From Candidatus Multivorans sp. (GTDB lineage: Bacteria > Acidobacteriota > Thermoanaerobaculia > Multivoradales > Multivoraceae), in assembly GCA_965220845.1 (NCBI GenBank), contig CBDCRA010000005.1, positions 294,290 through 358,289 on the forward strand: a DNA stretch of 64,000 nucleotides. Direction: 5' to 3'. Numbering within the stretch: position 1 is the first letter of the stretch; every line of letters starts with the position of its first letter. Positions 8,827 to 18,338 of this stretch are shown here, piece after piece. The position numbers and the translations under genes were made by a program. The notes under the pieces were generated by a model. That model searched no databases, was not told where the DNA came from, and worked only from the letters and a program-made list of their open reading frames with translations.

Positions 8827-9645
8827 ATGACCGTAGCCGAGATGAAGACCACGCCGGAGCCCGAGTTCAAGGTCGATGTCCAGGACCGCGTCGCCCTGCT
8901 GACGTTCAACCGTCCCAAGAAGCTGAACGCGCTGTCCGCCGAGATCACCGCCGGTCTCCAGGAAGAAGTGCCGCGGTTGGCGGCCGACCCCGATGTCGGC
9001 GTGATCGTTCTCACCGGCGAGGGCCGCGCCTTCTGCGCCGGCGGCGACGTTTCGGGCATGGGCGGGTCGAGCGGCGCGCCGACCACCCTCGAGGAACGCA
9101 TCGACAGTCTGCGGCGCGGCCAGGAAGCCGCCTGGCTCGTTCACTCGGTGCCCAAGGTGACGATCGCCATGGTCAACGGCTTCGCGATGGGCGCCGGCCT
9201 CGGCCTGGCGGCAAGCTGCGACCTTCGCCTGGCTTCCAGCGCGGCGAAGTTCGGAACCGCCTACTCCAAGGTCGGATTCGGCGGCGACTGGGGGACGACC
9301 TGGCAACTGACCCGGCTGGTCGGCCCGGCGGTGGCCAAGGAGCTCTTCTTCACCGCCGACATCATCGACGCCGAGGAGGCGCGCCGGATCGGTCTGGTCA
9401 ACCGCGTCTACGACGCGGAGACCTTCCGGGACGAGGCGATGGAGTTCGCCTCACGGCTCGCTCACGGTCCGATGGTGAGCTACCGCTGGATGAAGGAGAA
9501 CGTGAACCTCGCGGTCACCTCGGACTTCCGGTCCATCCTCGACCGCGAGGCCATCTCTCACATCCGCTGCGGCCAGACGGACGACCACAAGGAAGGCGTC
9601 ACCGCGTTCATGGAGAAGCGGGCGCCGAAGTTCACGGGCCGCTGA
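8827..9645 (+). CDS. Enoyl-CoA hydratase/isomerase (crotonase) family
   Basis: NRPKKLNAL, AFCAGGD and VNGFAMGAG motifs; AGGAGG SD. Confidence 0.93.
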   Translation: MTVAEMKTTPEPEFKVDVQDRVALLTFNRPKKLNALSAEITAGLQEEVPRLAADPDVGVIVLTGEGRAFCAGGDVSGMGGSSGAPTTLEERIDSLRRGQEAAWLVHSVPKVTIAMVNGFAMGAGLGLAASCDLRLASSAAKFGTAYSKVGFGGDWGTTWQLTRLVGPAVAKELFFTADIIDAEEARRIGLVNRVYDAETFRDEAMEFASRLAHGPMVSYRWMKENVNLAVTSDFRSILDREAISHIRCGQTDDHKEGVTAFMEKRAPKFTGR

Positions 9646-9653
9646 CGCGGAAA

Positions 9654-9681
9654 CGCCCGAAGCTCAGAGGAGCTTCGGGCG
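9654..9681. terminator. Hairpin between convergent genes, probable terminator
   Basis: CGCCCGAAGCTC-AGAG-GAGCTTCGGGCG, a 12-bp perfect stem with only a short T run on the minus strand. Confidence 0.65.
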
Positions 9682-9694
9682 CCGTGGGATCTGT

Positions 9695-10390
9695 CTAGAA
9701 CGAGAAGCCGATGCCGGCGAGGAAGTCGACCGGCTGCTCGGGCAGCGCGTCGTCGTCCAGTGCGTCGACGTAGCTGACGAACGCCGACCAGGCGCCGCCG
9801 GAGAGACCGAACGTCACGTTGCCGTCGTACATGCCTCCTGAGACTCCGCCGTAGGCGGCGGCGAAGTCGTCGCCGGCGAAGCCGGCCGAGACGTCGACGC
9901 TCCAGGCCAGGGCGTCGCTCACGTCGCCGCCGAACGAGACGCCGACGTTGGCGTAGAAGTCCTGGACCTCGTCGATGTCGTAGTACACGGAAACGCTGGG
10001 CGACGCGGCCACGTCGAAGCCCAGGCTCAGGTAGAGCTCGCGGGTGCCGGCGAAGGCCGTGTTCGGGAACAGGTACTCGATGAAGCCGACCTCGGCCGAG
10101 ACGGCGTCCGAGCCGAAGCCGTACGAGGCGGTGAGGTCGATCTCGTTGAACTCGCCGCTCATGTCGTTCGCGTCGTCGATGTCGAGGTTGCCCCAGACGT
10201 TGATCGCGAAGCCGCTGTCGTTCGAGGCGGTGACCGAAGGCTGCCACACGGCCCCGTCAGTGAAGGTGATGCCGCGCCAGACATAGGCGGACGCGAAATC
10301 GAGAGCGTAGTCGGCGTCGGCGGAAGCCGGTGCGGCCGCCAGACTGAGAAGGGCAAAGGTGGTCAGGACAATCGTTGACTTGCGGAACAT
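9695..10390 (-). CDS. TorF-family putative outer-membrane porin
   Basis: Signal peptide, ASAYVWRG, EIDLTASY, EYLFP and a C-terminal Phe. Confidence 0.8.
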   Translation of the reverse strand: MFRKSTIVLTTFALLSLAAAPASADADYALDFASAYVWRGITFTDGAVWQPSVTASNDSGFAINVWGNLDIDDANDMSGEFNEIDLTASYGFGSDAVSAEVGFIEYLFPNTAFAGTRELYLSLGFDVAASPSVSVYYDIDEVQDFYANVGVSFGGDVSDALAWSVDVSAGFAGDDFAAAYGGVSGGMYDGNVTFGLSGGAWSAFVSYVDALDDDALPEQPVDFLAGIGFSF

Positions 10391-10441
10391 TGGGGGAGAA
10401 CCTCCTTGAAAAGGGCAAATTGCCGGTTACGCGGCTTGAGT

Positions 10442-10458
10442 AGCAACACAGGTGCCAA
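10442..10458 (-). promoter_or_regulatory. Sigma54 promoter of the TorF gene
   Basis: TTGGCAC-CTGTG-TTGCT on the minus strand, about 50 bp upstream of the ATG. Confidence 0.85.
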
Positions 10459-10558
10459 CGAAGGGGCTTACACGCTCGCCCCCATGTCAAGTGGTTGCCG
10501 GTAAGGCCATTGCACCCACTCTCCCGCTCGCTGGAAGACAATCAGATCAGGCCCCATC

Positions 10559-10572
10559 CTACAATTCTGTAG
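10559..10572. promoter_or_regulatory. Candidate enhancer (UAS) palindrome CTACA-N4-TGTAG
   Basis: AT-rich palindrome about 100 bp upstream of the sigma54 motif, next to an activator gene. Confidence 0.45.
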
Positions 10573-10719
10573 CAAATCAGGGTACTGAGGAACAAACATG
10601 ACGCGGGCGGATCATGCCCGAACCGACGGCTCCGGGTGACGTTCTTCTGGACCGTGCGCCGGCCCGCCCGAGGCACCAGCTGTTCTCATTCTCGCGTTTC
10701 GCCGTCCGAAAACGGTCCA

Positions 10720-10896
10720 GTCGGCGAAGGCGCCCGGGGGGAGGGTCCCAGGGGGTCGGAGGCAAGCGATTGTCGAGGTCCTCTCAGCAACCGAGGACCG
10801 ACCGGAGCGCAGCCGACAACAGCGAGCCCATACTCCCCATCCAATCCGAGAGGGCGAGCGTCCCCTGGGACCCTCCCCCCGGGCGCCTTCGCCGAC
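10720..10896. mobile_element. MITE-like element with perfect 35-bp terminal inverted repeats
   Basis: 10720-10754 is the exact reverse complement of 10862-10896; 107-bp core; no target-site duplication seen. Confidence 0.55.
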
Positions 10897-10909
10897 GGCT
10901 ACGCGGCCG

Positions 10910-12481
10910 CTAGTTCGCGTAGCGGCTGGGGTCGATGCCGTACTTCTTGATCTTGTAGCCGGTGATCCGGGGCGTCGTGCGCAGCTTGCGCGAGGCGGCG
11001 GCGATGTTGCCGCGAGCGCTCTTCAGCGCGTCGCGCAACAGATCCCGCTCGTAGTTCTCGACCAGGTACTGAAAGCTCCCGGCGGGTTCGGTGCCCGAAC
11101 TCTCCGCGGTCTGGAGGGTCGGCGGCAGGTGGTGGGGGTGGATGACGTCGTCCCGCGCCACGAGAACGGCGCGCTCGATGCAGCTCTCCAGCTCGCGGAC
11201 GTTGCCGGGCCAGTGGTAGCTCATCAGCATGTCGATCACGGCGCTCGACAGCCGGCGCACGTTGCCGCCGTTCACGCGGGCATAGCGCTCCAGAAAGAAG
11301 TCGGCCAGCTGGACGATGTCCGACTTGCGCTTGCGCAGCGGCGGCACGTGGATCGGGAAGACGTTCAGGCGGTAGAACAGGTCCTCGCGGAACGCGCCGT
11401 TCGCGGTCATCGCGGACAGGTCCTTGTTGGTGGCGGCGATGATCCGCACGTCCGCCCGCAGCGTCCGCGTGCCGCCGACCCGCTCGAACTCGCGTTCCTG
11501 CAGCACACGCAGCATCTTGATCTGGATCAGGAGCGGCACGTCGCCGACCTCGTCGAGGAAGATCGTGCCGGTGTGGGCGAGTTCGAAGCGGCCCTTGCGC
11601 TGCTGGATCGCGCCGGTGAAGGCGCCGCGTTCGTGCCCGAACAGCTCGCTCTCGATCACGCTCTCGGGCAGCGCGGCGCAGTGGACCTTGACGAAGGGGC
11701 GGTCGGAACGGGCGCTGTTGTAGTGGATGGCCTGGGCGACGAGTTCCTTGCCGGTGCCGGTCTCGCCGGTGATCAGGACGCTCGTGTTGCTGCTCGAGAC
11801 GGTCGCGATCTGGTCGTAGACCTCCTGCATCTCGTGCGAGTTGCCGACGATGTTGGCGGGCCGGAAGCGGTCGCGGAGCTGTGCCCGCAGACGCTCGTTC
11901 TCCTCCTCGAGCTGTTCCCGCTCCTCCTCGGCGGTGCGGCGGAGCTTGACCGCCTGGGCGATCAGGGAACCGGCGATCAGGAGCAGACGGACATCGTCGT
12001 TCAGGTCGTGGTCCGGATCGTAGGTCCGGTCGACGCTCAGCGCGCCGTAGGTCTCGTTGCCGGTGCGGATGGGCACGCAGAGGAAGGAGACTTCCGCGCT
12101 CTTGCCGCGCCGGGTGCGGTCGAGGAACGTCTCGGACTCGCTCGTCTTCGGGATCACCCGGGCCTCGCCCGTCTCGATCACCTGGCCGGTCACGCCTTCG
12201 CCGAGACGGTACCGGGCCTCCGCGATCTGCTCGCCGCTCAGTCCGTGCGCGACCTCGACCGTGATCTCGCCGGTCTTCCGGTTGAGCAGGGTGATCGTGC
12301 CGTGCTTGAGCTTGAGGTGTTCGGCGAGGGTCTCGAGCGCGGGCCGCGTGACATCGCGCAACTCGAGGCTCTCGCCGAGGGTCTGACTCAGGCGGTAGAG
12401 GAGTTCGAGTTCCCTGGGTTCGCGTGAGTTCACAACGGGCCAGCCGAGGGATCCTGTCACAGCCCACGTCCGGTCGGTCAT
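10910..12481 (-). CDS. NifA-like sigma54 enhancer-binding protein (GAF-AAA+-HTH)
   Basis: GAF domain (YRLGEGVTG), GETGTGKE, ESELFGHERGAFTGA, FLDEVG and WPGNVREL. Start 12481 or GTG 12433. Confidence 0.93.
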   Translation of the reverse strand: MTDRTWAVTGSLGWPVVNSREPRELELLYRLSQTLGESLELRDVTRPALETLAEHLKLKHGTITLLNRKTGEITVEVAHGLSGEQIAEARYRLGEGVTGQVIETGEARVIPKTSESETFLDRTRRGKSAEVSFLCVPIRTGNETYGALSVDRTYDPDHDLNDDVRLLLIAGSLIAQAVKLRRTAEEEREQLEEENERLRAQLRDRFRPANIVGNSHEMQEVYDQIATVSSSNTSVLITGETGTGKELVAQAIHYNSARSDRPFVKVHCAALPESVIESELFGHERGAFTGAIQQRKGRFELAHTGTIFLDEVGDVPLLIQIKMLRVLQEREFERVGGTRTLRADVRIIAATNKDLSAMTANGAFREDLFYRLNVFPIHVPPLRKRKSDIVQLADFFLERYARVNGGNVRRLSSAVIDMLMSYHWPGNVRELESCIERAVLVARDDVIHPHHLPPTLQTAESSGTEPAGSFQYLVENYERDLLRDALKSARGNIAAASRKLRTTPRITGYKIKKYGIDPSRYAN

Positions 12482-12560
12482 GAAGGCTGGTCGCAGCAAG
12501 AATCGAGCCGGACCGTGGCGGCATGCGTCCCGCCTGCCGCGATAGCTTGGGGCTGGCCAC

Positions 12561-13670
12561 ATGAACGAACGACCCCCCAGGCCTCCGGGCGAAGCGCGGC
12601 GCGCGACGGAGTTCAGCGACGGAGAGGGACTGGAGCCGCTCGCACCGCTCGATCTGAGTGCCGTCGGTTCCTTCTCGGACCTGCTCGCGGCGATGAAGTC
12701 GACCTCCTTCGGGGGCCGTCAGCTGGGCGAGGCGGCGGACGTACTCCAGGAGATGGCGGTCGATCCGGACTGCCTGGTCGTCGGCACGTTCACCGGCGCC
12801 ATGACCGCGGCCAAACAGGGGCTGGTCCTGTGCGACATGATCGACCACGGGTTGCTCGACGCGATCGTCTGCACCGGGGCACTGATGGTCCATGGCTTCG
12901 TCGAGTCCGCCGGCATGGTCCACTTCAAGGCGCCGGCGGGCAAGCTCGACGATCGCAGCGCGTACTACTCCGGCTACGACCGGATCTACGACACGCTGGA
13001 GCTGGAGAGCAACCTGGACCGCGTCGAGTTGATCGTCCACTCGGTCCTGGAGCAATGGCCCGAAGGCGAGGTCGCCTGCTCGCGCCTGCTGAACGAGGCG
13101 TTCGGGCGGTGGCTGACCGAAGCCGAGGGAGCTTCGGCGCTGGCGGGCCCGGAGGGAGATGTCACGCCGGTCCGCGGCGTGCTGTCCTCCGCCTGGCGGC
13201 GCGGCGTTCCGGTCTACGTGCCCGCGTTCACGGACTCGGAGATCGGGCTCGACTTTGCGCTGTTCAACCGGGCCCGGCGCCGGCGCGAAGAGGCGCCGGT
13301 CCGGTTCGATCCGTTCCTCGACCTGGAGCACTACACGGAACTCGTCGCCGGGGCGAAACGGCTCGGCATCTTCACCGTCGGCGGCGGCGTGCCGCGGAAC
13401 TGGGCGCAGCAAGTGGCGCCGTACCTGGAGGCGGCGGCGCGCCGGGAGGGCGAAGACGCGCCGCCCAGGCGCTTCCGCTACGGCGTACGAATCTGCCCCG
13501 AGCCGGAGCACTGGGGCGGTCTCTCCGGCTGCGGCTACAGCGAAGGGGTGTCCTGGGGCAAGTTCGTCCCGGTCGAAGAAGGCGGCCGCTTCGCGGAGGT
13601 CCCGGCGGACGCGACGCTGGTGTGGCCGCTGCTCGTCGCGGGAGTACTGGAGCGGATGGGCTTGCGCTAG
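12561..13670 (+). CDS. Deoxyhypusine synthase-like protein (possible homospermidine synthesis)
   Basis: YDRIYD, PAFTDSEIG, GGGVPRNW and GGLSGCGYSEGVSWGK with the catalytic Lys. Confidence 0.88.
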   Translation: MNERPPRPPGEARRATEFSDGEGLEPLAPLDLSAVGSFSDLLAAMKSTSFGGRQLGEAADVLQEMAVDPDCLVVGTFTGAMTAAKQGLVLCDMIDHGLLDAIVCTGALMVHGFVESAGMVHFKAPAGKLDDRSAYYSGYDRIYDTLELESNLDRVELIVHSVLEQWPEGEVACSRLLNEAFGRWLTEAEGASALAGPEGDVTPVRGVLSSAWRRGVPVYVPAFTDSEIGLDFALFNRARRRREEAPVRFDPFLDLEHYTELVAGAKRLGIFTVGGGVPRNWAQQVAPYLEAAARREGEDAPPRRFRYGVRICPEPEHWGGLSGCGYSEGVSWGKFVPVEEGGRFAEVPADATLVWPLLVAGVLERMGLR

Positions 13671-13991
13671 CTAGCGCCGCTGGAGCTTGACTGCGGTCCC
13701 CACCGCCAGCAGCTCCGCGGCGCCGCTGGTGATCACGGACGTCGTGAAGCGCACGGCGACGACGGCGTCGGCGCCCAGGCTCTCCGCCTCCGCGACCATG
13801 CGGTCGAGCGCCTGCTCGCGGCTCTCGGCGACCATCTTCGTGTACTCCGTGACCTCGCCGCCGACGAGATTTCGGAGCGCTGCCGTGATGTCCCTGCCGA
13901 CGTGACGGGCGCGGATCGTGTTGCCGCGTACCAGCCCCAGCGTCTGCGTGATGTCGTGTCCGGCGATCGTCTCGGTGGTTGCAATCAGCAT
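13671..13991 (-). CDS. YbjQ/UPF0145 family protein
   Basis: TTETIAG...LGLVRG...GGEVTEYT...GADAVVAVRF...GTAV. Confidence 0.9.
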   Translation of the reverse strand: MLIATTETIAGHDITQTLGLVRGNTIRARHVGRDITAALRNLVGGEVTEYTKMVAESREQALDRMVAEAESLGADAVVAVRFTTSVITSGAAELLAVGTAVKLQRR

Positions 13992-14001
13992 TCAGGGGCC
14001 C

Positions 14002-14238
14002 TCATCGCTGTACGTCCTTGTACTTGTCCGTCTTCCGGGCGATCAACTGCTGCCGGAGCACCGACAGCAGCAGTAGCGCCAGGCCGCCGTAGAGCGCGCC
14101 GACGCCCAGCTTGATGTAGAGGGGCGCTCCGTCGTCGACGGCCAGGGCGTAGATCGCGACGCCGCCCAGAGCGAGCACACCGCCGACGAAGAGCAGCCAG
14201 CCGAGGCCGCGGGTGATTCCGACCGTGGTGTCCGCCAC
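14002..14238 (-). CDS. Small two-TM membrane protein
   Basis: AGGAGG SD before GTG, two hydrophobic segments, C-terminus DKYKDVQR; lies between msrA and ybjQ. Confidence 0.7.
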   Translation of the reverse strand: MADTTVGITRGLGWLLFVGGVLALGGVAIYALAVDDGAPLYIKLGVGALYGGLALLLLSVLRQQLIARKTDKYKDVQR

Positions 14239-14260
14239 GTCTGCCTCCTGTGTGTTGCTT

Positions 14261-14926
14261 TCAGACCGCCTGCCGCGCCGGCATCTCGAGACCGGTCTGG
14301 CAGGCCACCCCGGTGCCGCCCAGGCCGCAGTAGCCGCCGGGGTTCTTTGCCAGGTACTGCTGGTGGTAGTCCTCGGCGAAGTAGAAGTCGGGCGCGTCGA
14401 GGATCTCCGTCGTGATCGGGCCGTAGCCGGCGGCGATGAGCCGCTGCTGGTAGGCCGCGAGGGAGGCCTTCGCCGCCCGTCGCTGCGCTTTGGAGCAGGC
14501 GTAGATCCCGGAGCGGTACTGGGTGCCGACGTCGTTCCCCTGGCGCATGCCCTGGGTCGGGTCGTGGCTTTCCCAGAAGATGCGGAGCAGGTCGTCATAG
14601 GAGATGCGCTCCGCGTCGAAGACGACCCGGACCACCTCGTTGTGGCCGGTCAGCCCGCTGCAGACCTCCTGGTAGGTCGGGTTCGATGTGGCGCCCGCGG
14701 CGTAGCCGACCGCGGTCGTGATGACTCCAGGGGCTTCCCAGAACTTGCGCTCGGCGCCCCAGAAGCAGCCGAGGCCGAACATCGCCAGCTCGCTCCCTTC
14801 CGGGTAGGGCGGCGCGATCGGTGCGTCGAGGACGTAGTGGCGCGGAGCGACCGGCATCGCTTCGGCGCGGCCGGGAAGCGCCTCGCCCGGCTCCGGCATG
14901 CGGGCCTTGTTGAAGAACCAACTCAT
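14261..14926 (-). CDS. msrA: Peptide methionine (S)-sulfoxide reductase
   Basis: [26 protein letters not shown] and AEDYHQQYL; ATG overlaps the sulfatase stop. Confidence 0.97.
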   Translation of the reverse strand: MSWFFNKARMPEPGEALPGRAEAMPVAPRHYVLDAPIAPPYPEGSELAMFGLGCFWGAERKFWEAPGVITTAVGYAAGATSNPTYQEVCSGLTGHNEVVRVVFDAERISYDDLLRIFWESHDPTQGMRQGNDVGTQYRSGIYACSKAQRRAAKASLAAYQQRLIAAGYGPITTEILDAPDFYFAEDYHQQYLAKNPGGYCGLGGTGVACQTGLEMPARQAV

Positions 14927-16356
14927 GGAACGGATTGTATCGCCGCTCCGCCGACCGCCTGGCGGTGGCGCTCGATCGCACTCTCGATCCGTTGGACGAT
15001 CTCCGGGTGTTCGCCGGCGATGTCGAAGCGTTCTCCCAGGTCGGTGCTGAGGTCGAACAGCAGCGGCGGATCGTGGACCTGCTCGTTGTCGAAGCCCCGC
15101 CAGGCGAGTTCGCCTTCCCCGCCCAGGGACTCCCAGGACTCGAGCACCAGTTTGTGGTCGCCGACCCGGTAGGCCCACAGCCGGCCGCGTGTGCCGTAGT
15201 AGGACCACTCGTTCCGCGGACTGGGCTCGCCGCGAAGCACGGTGCCGGAGAGGTCCATCGAGTCGAGGTCGCGGTTCGGCGGTTCGGCGCCGGTGATCGC
15301 GGCGAGGGTCGCCATCAGGTCGACCTGGACCCCGATGCCGTCGATGGTCGCCGGCTTGATCGTGCCCGGCCACCAGAAGACGCCCGGGACCCGGAAGCCG
15401 CCTTCCCAGGCGGTGTGCTTGCCGTCCCGGAAGGGGCCGGGCGAGCCGCCGAGGTCGTAGTAGGTGAGCCAGGGGCCGTTGTCGCTCGAGAAGATGACCA
15501 GGGTGTCGCCGGCGACGCCGCCTTGCTCCAGCGCGGCGACGACTTCGCCGACTGACCAGTCCAGTTCCTCGATCACGTCGCCGTAGAGCCCCGCCTTGCT
15601 GTGGCCCTCGAACTCGGGCGAGCGGAAGATCGGCACGTGGGGCATCGTGTGGCCGAGGTAGAGAAAGAACGGTGAGCCGGCCTCGATCTGCCGTCCCAGC
15701 CACGCCACGGACTCCTCCGTGTAGCGGCGGGTCAGGGTCGGCTGGTGGGTCGGCGTCTCGATCGCTTCCTCCTGCCGGAACAGCGAGAAGACGAAGTCCT
15801 CGCTGCTCGCGTTCTTGATCCCTTCGTAGGTGTGAGGCACCTCCGGCCGCCGCCCGCCGTCGTTGAACTCCTCCACGCCATAGAAGTAGTCGAAGCCCGC
15901 GTCGTTGGGGTGGACGCCTCCGGCCTCGAAACGGCCCGACATGCCCCACTTGCCGATGTAGGCGGTCGCGTAGCCCGCGGCCTGGAACATGTCGCCCAAA
16001 GTCGTCTCGTCGGCGGGCAGGTTGGACCAGCGGTTCAACTCCCCGCCCTGGATGCGGATCGGCATCCGGCCAGTCGCGAGCGCGATGCGGCTCGGGTTGC
16101 ACAGAGGGCTCGAGGCGTAGAACGAGGTCCAGCGCTGGCCTTCGGCCGCCAGCCGGTCGACGTGGGGCGTGCGGATGAGCGGATGGCCGTAGGAGGACAG
16201 GTCGCCGTAGCCCATGTCGTCGGTCAGGATGATGACGACGTTGGGTGGAGCAGGCGACGACGGTCCGGCTGGCTCCGCGTCCGGCCCGCACGCGCCGCAT
16301 ACGAGGAGCAACACGGCCGCGGCGGCTGGGGTTCGGTTGCGCTTTTCGGTCGTCAT
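14923..16356 (-). CDS. Cys-type sulfatase, predicted lipoprotein
   Basis: DDMGYGD, CNPSR (CxPxR), GKW, SDNG and WEGG motifs. Confidence 0.93.
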   Translation of the reverse strand: MTTEKRNRTPAAAAVLLLVCGACGPDAEPAGPSSPAPPNVVIILTDDMGYGDLSSYGHPLIRTPHVDRLAAEGQRWTSFYASSPLCNPSRIALATGRMPIRIQGGELNRWSNLPADETTLGDMFQAAGYATAYIGKWGMSGRFEAGGVHPNDAGFDYFYGVEEFNDGGRRPEVPHTYEGIKNASSEDFVFSLFRQEEAIETPTHQPTLTRRYTEESVAWLGRQIEAGSPFFLYLGHTMPHVPIFRSPEFEGHSKAGLYGDVIEELDWSVGEVVAALEQGGVAGDTLVIFSSDNGPWLTYYDLGGSPGPFRDGKHTAWEGGFRVPGVFWWPGTIKPATIDGIGVQVDLMATLAAITGAEPPNRDLDSMDLSGTVLRGEPSPRNEWSYYGTRGRLWAYRVGDHKLVLESWESLGGEGELAWRGFDNEQVHDPPLLFDLSTDLGERFDIAGEHPEIVQRIESAIERHRQAVGGAAIQSVP

Positions 16357-16375
16357 TCCCTGACCTGTCTGCCTA

Positions 16376-16450
16376 CTGGGTGCGCCGGCGCCCTCGCCGG
16401 CTGTAGCCGCGGGTCTTCTGACCCGCGGAAGACCCGGCGCGAAGCGGCGA
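16376..16450 (+). repeat. Composite REP-like element: GGTG-type unit, GTAG-type unit and GCGAAGC hairpin
   Basis: CTGGGTGCGCCGGCG-CCCT-CGCCGGC (16376-16401) matches the reverse complement of 42368-42393; GTAGCCGCGGGTC-TTCT-GACCCGCGG at 16403-16428. Confidence 0.8.
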
Positions 16451-16551
16451 GCCCGAGTTCAGGTTGCTGCGCCGAGAGTAGCGAAGTCAAGAACTCTCCA
16501 GCCGGCGGACTGGTAGCGTTCAGGTGCGTTGCAGCCAAGGGGGAGGTCAGG

Positions 16552-17850
16552 ATGAGAGGACGGATGCGGGGCATTCACGAGGTCTTCGCCGCCGACCCGG
16601 AGCGGGCCGACTGGGAAGTCTGGGGCCGGCAGGCCGATCCCCGCACGCGGCGGGGCTTCCTTCAGGGCCTCGGCGCGATGTCGGCCCTGGTCGGCGCGAA
16701 GATCGTCTTCTCCGACTTCATGCCGGCCGGGCTGATTCCGGCTGCGTACGCGAACCAGGCCGAGCCGTTCACGATCGAAGGCAAGGAAGGCCTGACCGTG
16801 CTGAACGACCGGCCGCTCTGCGCCGAAACTCCCGCGCACCTCTTGAACGACGACGTCACGCCGGCAAGCCGGCTGTTCGTCCGCAACAACGGCATACCGC
16901 CCGCGGACGTGGACGCCATGAACTGGACCCTGGTGATCGACGGCGAGTCGGCGGCCGGCGCGAAGACGTACACGCTCGCCGATCTGAAGCAGCGCTTCGA
17001 GAACGTCAGCCGGCAACTCGTCATGGAGTGCGGCGGCAACGGCCGCTCGGAGTACGACCCGCCGGCCTCCGGCAACCAGTGGACCGTGGGCGCCGTGGGC
17101 TGTCCGCGCTGGGACGGCATCCGCTTGCGGGATGTTCTCGAGGACTGCGGTTACAGGGACGACGCGGTGTACGTGGCCTACTACGGCGCGGACACGACGG
17201 CGGGCGGCGGGGGAGTTCCCATTTCGCGGGGCGTGCCGATCGCCAAGGCCCTGGAAGCCGAGTCGATGATCGCCTGGGGCATGAACGGTGAGCCGCTTCA
17301 CCCGATGAACGGCCATCCGCTGCGCCTTGTGTTCGGCGGCTGGCCGGGCTCCACTTCGGGCAAGTGGCTGCGGCGGATCGCGATTCGCAACGTCGTCCAC
17401 GACGGCCCGAAGATGACCGGGATGTCCTACAAGGTGCCGCGTGAACCGGTCGCGCCGGGCACCGAAGTCGATCCCGAGGAGATGCGCATCATTGAGGCGA
17501 TGCCGGTCAAGTCCTTGATTACCAATCCGCAAAGCGGCTTCCAGCATCCTGCGGGCGAGGCGCTACCGCTTCACGGCCACGCCTGGACCGGCGACAACCG
17601 CGTCGAGCGGCTTGACGTCTCGATCGACTTCGGCCGGACCTGGATCCGCGCCGACCTGCAGCCGCCGGCGAACCGCCTCGCCTGGCAGAACTGGGATCTG
17701 GACCTCATGTTCCCCGAAGCGGGCTACTACGAGGTGTGGGCACGGGCCGCCGACGCGAACGGCGACGTGCAGCCGGTGGTCCTGCCCGGCTGGAACCCGC
17801 GGGGATACCTGAACAACGCCTGCCACCGGGTCGCCGTGTATGTCGCGTAG
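16552..17850 (+). CDS. Tat-exported molybdopterin sulfite oxidase/dehydrogenase (SorA/SorT/SoxC-like)
   Basis: TRRGFL Tat motif, FVRNNG, ECGGNGR (Mo-Cys), GHPLRL and WNPRGY. Confidence 0.9.
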   Translation: MRGRMRGIHEVFAADPERADWEVWGRQADPRTRRGFLQGLGAMSALVGAKIVFSDFMPAGLIPAAYANQAEPFTIEGKEGLTVLNDRPLCAETPAHLLNDDVTPASRLFVRNNGIPPADVDAMNWTLVIDGESAAGAKTYTLADLKQRFENVSRQLVMECGGNGRSEYDPPASGNQWTVGAVGCPRWDGIRLRDVLEDCGYRDDAVYVAYYGADTTAGGGGVPISRGVPIAKALEAESMIAWGMNGEPLHPMNGHPLRLVFGGWPGSTSGKWLRRIAIRNVVHDGPKMTGMSYKVPREPVAPGTEVDPEEMRIIEAMPVKSLITNPQSGFQHPAGEALPLHGHAWTGDNRVERLDVSIDFGRTWIRADLQPPANRLAWQNWDLDLMFPEAGYYEVWARAADANGDVQPVVLPGWNPRGYLNNACHRVAVYVA

Positions 17851-17880
17851 GAGAGCACGAAGGGAGCCGCACACTCTCCG

Positions 17881-17920
17881 CTGGGTGCGCGGGTCTTCTG
17901 ACCCGCTGCCGCCGCAGGCG
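17881..17920 (+). repeat. REP-like palindrome GGTGC-GCGGGTC-TTCT-GACCCGC
   Basis: 17883-17920 matches the reverse complement of 1704-1741 at 37/38 nt. Confidence 0.8.
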
Positions 17921-17926
17921 GCCAGA

Positions 17927-18331
17927 ATGAAACGCCGGCCGCCAGGCCGGACCCGCTTTGGCGGCCTGTTCCAAGCAGGCGTACTGAGCCTGGTCCTGGC
18001 CACCGGCGGGGTGGACGCCCAGAAGCCGCCCCAGCCACTGGACACCGAAACCGGCCTGATCAAGGACGTAGCCGGCGTCTGGCAAACAGCCCGCGACCAC
18101 TGCACCGAATGCCACTCGGCGACGCTGCTGCAGCAGAACCGCACCAGCCGCGACGGCTGGATCCGCACGATTCGCCGCATGGAGAAGGACGAAGGACTCG
18201 AGCCGCTCGGCGACCTGGAGAACTCGATCCTCGACTACCTCGCCGCGAACTACGGAGTGCAGGTCAAGGCGACCGAACTGCGGCGAAGGCGGGCGCCGCT
18301 GCGACAACCCCCGGTCGCTAACGGAGAGTAG
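17927..18331 (+). CDS. Monoheme cytochrome c, partner of the sulfite dehydrogenase
   Basis: CTECH heme motif, distal Met (WIRTIRRM), signal peptide. Alternative start at 17840. Confidence 0.85.
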   Translation: MKRRPPGRTRFGGLFQAGVLSLVLATGGVDAQKPPQPLDTETGLIKDVAGVWQTARDHCTECHSATLLQQNRTSRDGWIRTIRRMEKDEGLEPLGDLENSILDYLAANYGVQVKATELRRRRAPLRQPPVANGE

Positions 18332-18338
18332 CCAGCGC

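Noticed and set aside
10910-12481. Calling the activator nifA and inferring nitrogen fixation
   Set aside because: No nif genes or canonical NifA UAS were seen, and the architecture is shared with other activators.
14261-16300. Apparent 679-aa MsrA fusion
   Set aside because: The N-terminal part is an alternative frame of the sulfatase gene; msrA starts at 14926.
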